This document shows, one piece after another, positions 53,076 to 64,000 of a DNA stretch of 64,000 nucleotides. A model generated the notes under the pieces. That model searched no databases. It had not been told where the DNA came from and saw nothing but the letters and a program-made list of their open reading frames with translations. The stretch lies in assembly GCF_964355755.1 (NCBI RefSeq), contig NC_092676.1:8347888-8411887 (forward strand). The letters run 5' to 3'. Both the position numbers and the translations under genes were made by a program. This DNA is from Antedon mediterranea (Eukaryota; Animalia; Echinodermata). The stretch's first letter is position 1. The number at the start of each line of letters is the position of its first letter.

Positions 53076-56000
53076 CTATTGTTCTCGTCCGGTCATTGCC
53101 CTTTTTACTGCACTCCTTAGTCGCATTCTAAGACCCTACAAGATAAAGAAAGTTCATTAAAAAGAATCATGTATTGAAACATATTATTTAAAGATATATT
53201 ATCCCCCTAAAAAAATCATTTTTTAAACATTTTTTGTTGAATATATCAAATAATAACACTTTGACCAAAAACTTATTTTCCTGAAAATCAGAAAATGGTT
53301 TTTGCTTACAATTAACCGTTTCTTTTGATTTTTTTAAAGCTCACTATGTCGGTCGGATAGTCGGTCGGTCGGTAAACACTAACTCAAATTTGAGCACGCG
53401 ACTGCAGCTATGTATTATGGCCTTGTTAAGTGAAATAATTATTTTTGTTGATTTTTTTGTTTACAGAAGTGAATAACTTTTTTATAACGGAAAAGCCTAT
53501 TCCAATTCTGATTTTATCAATCTTTATTTTTCATGTTTTTGGGGGACAATACATCTTTAAAACTACTGCAAAACAAATATCAATATTATAGGCCTCCAGG
53601 CTAAGGGCTAAACAATACTCACCCTTGATCTTTCACGACGTGGCATGGTGCGTGATCCCTGTGTAGTAATAAACAAATCGTAAATATTTTGTCATTGTTG
53701 ATCTTAAAATATCATATCGAACAATAACAGAAATTAATGATATACTTGTGAAAACATTTTCCCTCTGGTTTCGATTAGTATAATGATATGTAGGCCTACT
53801 TTATTGATTGTTAACCAGTATAAATTTAAGTTGACGAAACTGTCTTAAAACGTATGTTAAATTTTATTATCAGGAAAGAGTGAAATTGGTTTTATTCTTC
53901 CCTGGGTTTACAATCATTGAACTACATATCAAAACCACCACACTTATTTCGTTTGTACATATTACCGATATAGGGCACCCATGCATCATTTTCAATACGA
54001 TATATTATTTTTAAAATAGTAATAGTCTTAGTTGAATGGTCTTTAATTAGAGACATTGTTTATCACACTAAGAGCGAGAGACTGACACAAATAACAAATC
54101 TCCGATTGTTTTGAGTTTTTTTGAAAATATTATATACCTCGCAATCCTGTTTGAATGCATGAAAAATAAACAATACGATATTTTAAAAAATGCCTTGAAC
54201 ATAAATAGTTATACAAAATGACATGATGACGACGCATGGTGATTGTGTACTAAAAATAAAAGTATTAATGAAACCAAATACAATCACAGCTTCAAGAGTG
54301 AACAGAAAACATTTTTGCAAACACACTCAATCAAGATTCGACTTTTTTTTCTTAAACATTGGCGAATTACATTTTTATGCAAAGGCGGAAATCATGAATA
54401 TGCATGAATTAATTTATGCATATATTAAGACAAGACACAGATAACAAAACGTTGCAAGAAATAATAGAGGAACAAACCTATGGAACGCCTCCTCTGCTTT
54501 CAGTAAATGTGAACTGAAAGCGTTTCATACCAACCAGGCTGTTCAGTAAAGCGTGGTTCCCACTAGCGACGCAACACAAGGACGTAACGCAACGCAAGTG
54601 AATTGACCAATCACAAGCGATGGCTTATTCGCTTGTGATTGCTAACTGTCTATAACTTCGCTTGTCATTGGTTAAAACGCTTGCGTTGCGTTTACGTCCT
54701 TGCGTTACGTTCTAGTGGGAACCAAGCTTAAGTAACATTCTGGTTTGATTCTTCATTTAACAATCATTCGCAAAGCTATCATATTTGTCGAAATAGCAAA
54801 AAATTAATTTTATTATTCTTCTCCGACATTGTTGTATGGAGAATTCCTTCCCCCAATGTTTTATGTGTTTTCAAATACTTATGTCCAATGTGTGTAAGCA
54901 TTGTTGGTTTTAGACCGGGGATAAAGCTTGGTTCCCACTAGAGACGCAACACAAGGACGTATAACGCAACGTAAGTGAGTTGACCAATCACAAGCGATGG
55001 ATTATTCGAACTGTCGCTTGTCTTTGGTCCCGTTGCGTTTACGTCCTTGCGTTGTGTCCTAGTGGGAACCAAGCTTTATCTCCAGACTTCCCCCTGTAGG
55101 CCTACTGTACATTACACACGAATTGTATTAAGAAATTCTAATAAAATGTTCTTATGAAATGTATACGAAAGCACATCACATAGATAGGCTACTATACCAT
55201 TAAGCTCTGTCTACACTATCAAACTAGTTTGACAAAAAAGGTGTGATATGTCCAAATATGGTAGTGATATGACATCATCATGTCCATATATGGACACATC
55301 ACACTTTTCTGAATAGAGGTTGACTGTAACTTTGATTTGAAAAACAAACAGAAAGTTACAACAAGGGATTAATTATACATTAATGGTAAATATGGCATTT
55401 CTAATACACATTTCACACAATTTTAAGATTGTAAGAATTATAGTTATATTGGTCCGGCTGAGCAATGTTTAACGAGTGGTCTTTAATTAGAGGGAGATCT
55501 GTATTATGGACAAATTAAAATAAATTATCTTACTTACCCTTGGGTGTAGCTATTAAAAAATGGAAATAAATAAATTGTATTAAAAATGTAGATGTACTAT
55601 AAATTATGGTTTATGATAATTGTTAATAACTACTGTGGGGTATCGATACGTTAGGGGTTGAGTAATTGGTCAGTTACAGTAAAAATTACGTCACAGTAGG
55701 TCAAACAGCTGACCAATTACTATAGTTGAGTTGGTATACAAAGATATATGCATATATATATATATATAAACACAACATGCAAAGAACATTATATATATAT
55801 GAATATGCATAATGTATGCAATGATAATGATAATCATTATGATATGATATTTGTGAGAATAGTGATGATTTAATAATTAATTCAATACTTACTCGACACG
55901 CCTGATAAGTTGAAATAAACAAAATCAAAATACATTGTATTAGAATATAATTTGTTAATACATGAATACAATACAAACTCAATTGTTTAAAGATACGTGT

Positions 56001-59000
56001 ATGAACCAAAACAAAATATTATTACACAAACTGTGTTTATTTTAAGGTATAAACTAATCAACTTACCACCTGATAATTAGTAGAATATGCATGGAAAAAA
56101 CAAGAAAAAAGGAGTTAATTATGAAGTTAATTATTTAACATAATAAAAGCATATCTATTTTTTTGCAAATGATTTTTTTTAATCGATTAAGAATTGTGAA
56201 GTAAATAAACTTACCCCACGTCCCTGTAGATGCCAATGAAGCAAGATTAAATATCAAAGAAAAAAGATTAAGTTTGTATTTGTGTTTTTCTAAATTTATT
56301 ATAATCTAATTAGTATTCTAATTAGTATCCTATGATAAGAAAACTAGAGATATATTATTATAAAACTAGATGGGCAACTCCAACCCAATCACAATCTACT
56401 TATATGTTTACAGTAAAGAAACCGTATCAAATTTTTACAATTTTGCAATTTTACATTCCTTACGCTCTGTTTACACCATCAAACTAGTTTGACATAAAAG
56501 TGTGATGTGCCCAAATGTGGTAGTGATATGTCGAAATATGGTAGTGATATGACACATCACATTTTGTAACATAAAGTTTGATATTGTAGACAGAGCTTAC
56601 ACGTGACAGTTAGAATACACGACATCACTAATACTAAACGCTTGCTCGTAAATAGATGGACACAGAAGAAAAAATAAAATGAGGTCAGACTGATATGTCG
56701 ACATGTGACATGTCAGTACACATAGAAAGGTCAACAGTATAAGTACATTTTAATCTAGGTTTATCAATTCAGGAGAATAGGACAACGTGAAATAAACACT
56801 ATAATACTGTACACTCAAAACATGAAAACATTCAGAATTTACATGACAGAATTAGATCAAAGTAATACGGTTTTACGAGAGTCAACATTTCCAAAATGAA
56901 AAAAAACAATCATAACGTATATACAAATCAGTTTTAACATTTAAAAAAATAAACCACCATTGGCCATATTGTAGGAAAATATCTATGAGAAAGTCTGTTT
57001 TCATTCGATTTTGTAAAAATGAACCGTTTACAGTTACTTTTAACGCGAACACAAAATATACCATGTAAACACTTTTTAAATGTTTTAATAAAAAATGTAA
57101 TTGAATTTGTGTAGTGCGTGAGCTTCGTCCTAGCTCAAGTATGTCGCACATATATTTACAAAAAAATTATTATCCGAGAAGAATAAATGGAAGCATTTGT
57201 TGTTATCTGCCTGTGCGCCCTCTATCAATGACAGAAATACAACTTGAGATTACCGAAAGTATAAGATAACATAAAGTAGTACTGAATCATTCCTTTAAAC
57301 CTGGAATTTTTGATTTACATTTGAGTTGTTTTCTCAAAGGTCAGAAAACAACAAATTGCAAGTATTTTTCAACTGAGTAAAAGGACAATTGTAGAATTAT
57401 CGACCGATAAACATGTAAACGGCACGATTTCGAGTCAAGTGATCTAAAATGCTATGAACTCCTCATGTTTGCAGCTTGCCCTACTTTTTAGCTTCTTCTT
57501 CGTCAACATGATAAATGTAATCAATTAAATCAGCGATGTTTCTTGCTGAGAACAAATTGCACATTTGAAAAGTGTTGACCCTCAGCAGAAATACAAAACA
57601 TGTTTTTGCAACATTCATGTCTGTACTGTCTATAATACTACTATTGTTGTTGTTTATTTGAAAAATCGGGTACTTTATTCGTGAAAGTATATTTTATAAA
57701 GAGCGCGCCATTTCTAGCAGTGCTTACTCCGTTAAAAGAATATGATTAAAAGACGTATTTATACCAGGACGATAAACAATTCAATATACATTTCGTACAT
57801 AAAAAAAAATTCAATTGTATCCTAATATTCTTCATTCGTTTTAAAAGAGCGCTTATGAAAATTTTACACGAAGTTAACGTTTCCACACATATTAAACTAT
57901 AATGAATATCGATACAGTATAGACCTTTTTAAGAGGACACCTTCGATCATAGAGTTGTTACCTGAATTGGGATTGACTGTATTAATACATTTCCATGTTT
58001 TCCTTTTCGGGAAAGTCTCCCCTTAATAAGGGTGTTCCAAAAGGAGGGATTCTATTGTACTGTACGATAATATTCTTAAAATTAACTATTTTTAGAATTT
58101 ATTTAAAGAAACTATGGTTTTGGCGATTAATATTTCGCAAGCAAACACTGTCGAAATAACGATAAATACAATATTTAGCCCACAGGCTGACCACATGCAG
58201 ACATCGATGACGGTTAATGACGACGGAGGCTGTGGCGTGTTTACTTAAACGGACTGGGCTTACAATTCTAATTAAATATTAAAGATGTATTTGAAATGAC
58301 CATCAAGCATACAATGAAATTTGTTGATATACTTACGATATTCTTTGTTCCGCAAGAGGCAAAAGAAAATAAAGTAAATAAGAAAGTCACAGCCATTAGT
58401 AATAATATCGTGGTTGTATTATATTTCTATCAATTGTCTACGTATCTCGCGTCAGTAAAATACCAATAATATTAGTTCATTTCAGTTTGTCATTCTTGGC
58501 CACATAAGACAGGGCTGGCGACAAACTCAATCGATATCAACTGTGTGACTGGACACAACACAATTACCTGTAAATTATCAACACAGTCACTGATATCAGT
58601 TGTTCTGCAATTGATGTGTTTTACCTAGAAAAAGTGGCAATTAATACTGTGTATTTTAGGAGGCTCTAATCGTTGTTGTTCCTGTTTTACTGTACTATGA
58701 TTAGTAGAGCAGTACAAATGATAATCCTACCCATAGAATATAGAAAATTACTTCGATAAAGCCCTTGGTAATATGGTTGTTGTTGAGGAAGCTACGGATT
58801 ATTAAATGCATGTAGTTTTCTTATGCTGGCCTAAAGTTGGCATATGATTATTAGTGTTATTCATTCATTCATTCATGTTTTATTTCGGAAAAAAATTTTT
58901 TTCTCATTCTCACAGATTTCCTCATCTTTATCGTTTCAAATTAATTAATTAAATTTCAGTATATCACCGGGCGGTTTAGAATTAATGTTCATTGCCTGAT

Positions 59001-59003
59001 GTG

Positions 59004-59036
<33 letters not shown>

Positions 59037-62000
59037 CCAAAGGCAAATTACTGAAAAAATGACAATGCTGTGGGTATCAGTGGCTGGATCTCAATGGAGA
59101 TACAAAAATAAAAAGCGAAAAGCTAAATCAAAACGATAAAGTAAACAGCCAGAAAAGTTAGCAGAGCTTTCGGGCAACACTAGCCCTTCATCAGTGCAAG
59201 TGAAGGAATAAAAAAAACCTACGCCACATAGTCACATGGTTAGAACAATAGCTTCATCCATCTACTATGTAGATTGGATGAAGGAAAAGAAAATTCATGA
59301 ATACATTACCATATATATATTATTACCAATCGTTACTTTTGTGCTAAACCATTAAGTATATAACGTTATTTTGTCTCTGTAAGCCTGGTTCCCATTAGAG
59401 ATGCAACGCAAGGACGTAGACTCAACGCAACACCCCGCAACGTTATACTAGTAGGAACCAGGCTTTGGAATCAAAATGACGTTCTAAACCTTATGGTTCA
59501 GCACCAAAAAACAAGCTTAATATATTAATAATTAACTATAACAGTGCAAGCTGTCGTGTTCCCTACGCAGCTGTTGAGTGGAAAAGTCACTCAGAACATA
59601 TGAGCATGCGTATAATTACTATTACAACCTAATAAGCTGCATAGTCGAGTGATAACCGACCGCGTGCTTTCAGTAGAGTCTTTAAAAATCCCTCTCTGAA
59701 TCCACTCTAAATTGCTAAGAAAACAACCATTGGTGACAGGCCTTCTGAACCAGGACACCCACTGATAATCAACCCCAGCCATTGAGATTGTCTCTTCCGG
59801 GCACACGCCGCATCCATTACCCTACATCCACCCCCTCTTATCCTCCTACTTGTCATTTTAATTATCGGCCTAACACCACTAATTTAAACTCATGGTACAC
59901 ATTAAAGTAAATGATTCTGTATATCAATGAATGAACTCAATCTTTGATTTTTATTGGGGTCCATTATCCTATCCGTACATCGTCCTTGGCCTTAACAAGT
60001 CCAACGACTTTACGAAGACTCCCTAGAGGCTCATCTTTACTCGCAGGTGATTCGGAAAGCAAAGGGCTTAGTTTGATGTTACCACTTCCTAACTCATCTA
60101 CCTACTCAGTATTAAAAATAACGTATACATTTTTGGCATGCGGTAGATATTTTTCCCAGAACCAATAAATACGCATTACTTTACTAGGGCTTTCTAACTA
60201 TCTGAGCAGATTTAGATAAATAATTTAACAACTTGTGATTAATCCAGGCTCGTGCACAATTGCATAGTTAACACACTTGCTATTGGGCTCATTTGAGACT
60301 ACAGAACTCATTTAAGATGGTCTAATGATTGTTTTTAATGCTCCCATCACAGCAAAACACTTTTGCAAATTTGTTGAAAATGCCATTGTTTTGTAGGTTA
60401 AAAATCGACTGGGTATAATACGGTAGGCCTACTGTAATTCATCAATGAAAATAAAAAAAAAACTATAATTTATTCTTATTTGACATAATAAAAATAATTA
60501 AAATTAACTAATGATCCAGAAATAATTAGGAATTAAATAATATTTTAGTCCCGAATATCTATCTAAATGTTAGTGATACGGAACTCAAGAAACAGAACAC
60601 TTTTTTAGAATTCGAGGCCCGACCTTTGTCATTTTCAACAATTTTGAGTTGAACTCATCTTTAAAGTAAATAAAAATGTTACCAAGTTCAAACGATTGGT
60701 TAAAACATACTGTACCAGCCATACAATGATAAAAATTGTCATGCTTTCATTTTTAGTAAAGTAAGCCATCAGATTATTGAAAATAGTTAAGTAGATCGAA
60801 ACATTAAATTCTCTTTCTAAGTGTCTTGTTTTATTTGAAATTTAGTCTATTTAGTGAATAAAATTATTGATGTTCTTGGCAAATTCCTTTCTATAGACAA
60901 ATCTTAAACGTGGGGTGTGATGATTAATGGAAATGGAAAGTTGAGGAATGAAAACGTCTTCCTTCAACAATTACGTCATTCCATGATTTATTTTTATGAT
61001 TTATTTACTGACAAATAAAATAGTAATGATACATCAAGTATAATATATTATTACCATTAATTATCACAGTATTTCAACTAACCATGCTCTAGTTCAGTGT
61101 TTTTTTAGAATCTTTAATCTCATTTTTATTCAGAATTTCCTAAAATAATCACTCTGAAATTCTTTTACAAAAAATATGTATTGATTCTAAAGATTTTAGA
61201 TTAGTACAAATACCGTTTTATAATTGGTCAGATATTGTCCCACTCTGAGCCAATTATTATCTTTTGTTTATTAGTATTTTTCTGACCTTCAAACTTGGAA
61301 TTATTGAAAATATTGTCATAATTTTCGACATATTCTCGATAAATTCAAATGGGTCTCAATATTATCTTTTCATTGTCTTTTATATTTATCAAAGTTATGT
61401 TTTTAAATCGTCGTCTTTATAAGGTAGGATTATTCAACATTTTTCAAAATTTCTAAATTAATTCTGCTGATTCTAAGGTATTTAGTTATGTTTTTCTAAA
61501 CGGATGCTTTGAAATAATATTGTTCTTATCAGATTTGTCAAAATATGAGAATATTGTGCTAACGACGTTGGTAAGATGGCATTATGAACATTTTGATTGC
61601 ACGAGCTGTGGACGCAAAAACGCTACAAACAACGCAGCAACATTTATGGACGTCTGTGCATGTACGGTATATACATTCGGGCATATATTCCTCCCTGAGT
61701 TTATAGCCTCTCTAACACGAGATTTATAGAATAATGACAACTGTCAAAAGTACGTTTTTAATAAATTTTTTTCGTTTTTTATTGGCATTTCGTTACTTAT
61801 TTTATATATTTTAATTACTTTTTTAAATGTAAAACAACGAATTCAATGTTTTTATTACAATTACTTTTAACATTGTAACATATAGCCTAAACGAGAGGAA
61901 AAAATATGCTTAAAAATATAATATTTATAACAGAGTATGATAATAAAAAAGTGGGACGAACCCACACAAGACAAAAAAAAAAATACATTCGGGCGTTGCT

Positions 62001-63259
62001 TGCTTCCAAGTGTTTGGCAAATTCTGAGGATATACTCTAAGAAAACAATACATACTACCTGTTATTTAATCGTCTATGACATTATAGTTGTTAGATTAGT
62101 ATTGGTTAAACTTAGGACTGTTCGAACAAGATGTTTTGAGTTCAATTGTTAACATAATAGTCTAATGTGCTCGAGTTTATATGAAAGCTTGAACAAATCG
62201 TAAGAGAATGAATACTTTTCTATAAATAAATCGAGAAATGATTACTTACATCGGATTGTCTTTTTGATGTTCTAAATAAATCATCAGCTGATAATAAATC
62301 TTGATTTACATTGGAAGGTCTCAACACTCTAGTTTGTACTGCAAATAACAGAAAAGTAATAGTAGAAATATTAATTATGTCTTACTACCACCCATTTGCT
62401 CTAGTTTCATGTCAAGCCTTCGATTCCTGGTCCTCGCTCACCGGCTACTTATGGCTAATGGTGATGATGGCTTATAAATATCATTAGGGACAAACGTGTT
62501 TAGAACAGATAATTAGGACACCTATTCTGTTCCTTTTCTTCTTCTTCCCTGTCTACATATTGTCGTAATCATCCCATGCCAACTTAAGCACACTTTTAAC
62601 AATCATTTATTTAAGTTACGGTGCTTTTAAAGATGTGTTGTCCCCCAAAATATGAAGATTACTAAAAAGACCATTTTGTAGTTTGAATGTAGTTAATCTC
62701 TTCAGTAGAAATAAATTCAGTCAAAAACCCATTGTCTGTCAGCCAATTTGACTATACAGTATTTTTCTTTGAATTACAGTTTTTTTCAGGTAAATAATAA
62801 ATTTTTCCCGATCCTATTTTTTCTCAAAGTGAATAACTAATATGGGACATTAAAATGGAATGTTCAACAAACTAATTGAAAATTATTTTTCAAGGGGGGG
62901 GGGGGGGGGGAGACAATATATCTTTAAGAGAAATGGCGCTCTGAAATATGATTAGTAAATATAAGGAAACTGTTTCACGATTTATTCCAGTCTATGTTTT
63001 TATCTTAATGTCTTGTGTTCTTATACATTTATGTTTATAGAAAATAATATTTTATAAATTCATATTAGCTGCTAATCGTACATGGTCAATGATCTCATCT
63101 TGCTAAGATGAAAATCAAACACATAGCGCCTTAGTTGTTATAGATAAACACACACACATTACTATGCCCTCGGGTAAAATTGATTTACTGTGTACCATGA
63201 TACTGTATTATTTTCATCAACAAATATTCCTTTCTAAGTTTACTCGATTGGAAAATGCC
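53076..63259 (-). CDS. 3' part of an unidentified protein-coding gene with a microexon array (5' end probably beyond the window)
   Basis: Candidate exons: 63259-63196, 62338-62250, 60101-59979, 58624-58568, 58342-58337 (6 nt), 56223-56215 (9), 56069-56067 (3), 55901-55893 (9), 55549-55538 (12), 54146-54138 (9), 53658-53623 (36), 53135-53076 (TAG). Joined, they give one open frame: GIFQSSKLRKEYLLMKIIQYHV-QTRVLRPSNVNQDLLSADDLFRTSKRQSD-VDELGSGNIKLSPLLSESPASKDEPLGSLRKVVGLVKAKDD-VKHINCRTTDISDCVDNLQ-NI-GRG-V-ACR-LHPR-DCE-GSRTMPRRERSR-GLRMRLRSAVKRAMTGREQ*. No family recognised. Confidence 0.6.
59030..59300 (-). mobile_element. Penelope-like element terminal-repeat fragment between (TA)n tracts
   Basis: Contains the minimal hammerhead typical of PLE terminal repeats; a truncated copy lies at 52011-52106. 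Confidence 0.55.
59161..59197 (-). ncRNA. Minimal type I hammerhead ribozyme motif
   Basis: Minus strand GCA-CTGATGA-A-GGGC-TAGTGTT-GCCC-GAAA-GC-TC^TGC: intact CUGAUGA and GAAA core, stem II, a short palindromic stem III and stem I GCA/TGC. Confidence 0.75.
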
Positions 63260-64000
63260 CTGAAACAATATTAATATCTATTGATATACCTGTGAAATAC
63301 GATACAACTTTATGTATTAGGTTCCAAGTTTAGTGTAATTTATTGGAGAAATTTTACATTATTCAATATATCAACCATTATATGAAAATAATATATATGT
63401 GTTCGGTAAATATTAATTAAGCTACATATTTAAGAGGTTAATGTACTTGTTCACCTGTTGAATGTGTAAGCGAAAATGATATTATAATTAATATTATCAC
63501 ATTTTTTTTTAATAGACACTGTTTTGTATAAAACATGTATAGAACCCGTCATTATGATTGTCTGACTCCTTATAAAACATTATTTTTTTCCTATCACGTT
63601 AAGACAGAAATCATGAATAATTCATGAGATTATAATGTTTTTAACATATACTTTTTAGTAGATTTTGAAATAGCATGTATATTCCTATCTGTTTGTAGCC
63701 GTTTACCCGGAGCGGTACCGTACATTACTTTAAATAAACTTAATTATCTCGTTAAAGTTATTAATTATGATAATTTTCTATCCCAATCATCATATCATCA
63801 ATCACCAATAAGCTAACACAGTCACAATAATATTTAAAATTGTTAAGTTTCAGATCGCGTAGTCACGTTTTCAGCGATAAAGATAAACAAGACCTAAAAT
63901 ACACTCTTGTCAGATTTAAGTGTTTAAAATATACATGGATTTAAAAGTAAATCTAAAAATAGACACGCAGTGATATGTGTACTAATGCTCTTAATGCTAC

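Noticed and set aside
54478-54513. Additional 36-nt candidate exon in the microexon array
   Set aside because: Weak acceptor, and it ends in TAG in the phase-0 frame used by all neighbours.
58337-58396. Apparent signal-peptide exon MAVTFLFTLFSFASCGTKNI on the minus strand
   Set aside because: The hydrophobic codons are better explained as the polypyrimidine tract of the 6-nt microexon, and in-phase exons exist upstream. Not fully excluded as an alternative first exon.

Overview
AT-rich animal genomic DNA with spliceosomal introns, SINEs, LINE remnants and many MITEs. An invertebrate deuterostome such as an echinoderm is likely, inferred from Deu/Nin-type SINEs and TAGGCCTA-rich promoter DNA. 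Four host genes can be built by hand. (1) An 18-coding-exon HPS6 (BLOC-2 subunit) orthologue on the minus strand, 8895-23259. (2) A 7-exon secreted M12B/reprolysin-type zinc metalloprotease on the plus strand, 33151-36256, head-to-head with HPS6. (3) An intronless GPR19 orthologue, 44306-45397. (4) The 3' part of an unidentified minus-strand gene (53076 to beyond 63259), invisible in the ORF track, that contains six consecutive frame-preserving microexons of 6, 9, 3, 9, 12 and 9 nt. Between HPS6 and the protease lies a complete 8.3-kb Mutator-like element with TIRs, a TSD and an 8-exon PHD-FLYWCH-DDE transposase carrying one frameshift. It holds a nested 4.2-kb TIR element, which in turn contains a decayed, duplicated RTE-LINE fragment. 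Also present: a minimal hammerhead ribozyme in a Penelope-like fragment, a well-folded tRNA-like unit with ATC anticodon inside a (TA)n-associated repeat, a 5S-derived SINE, Helentron/DINE-type elements and several minisatellites. All exon models were read by eye and homologies come from remembered sequences; no database search was run.
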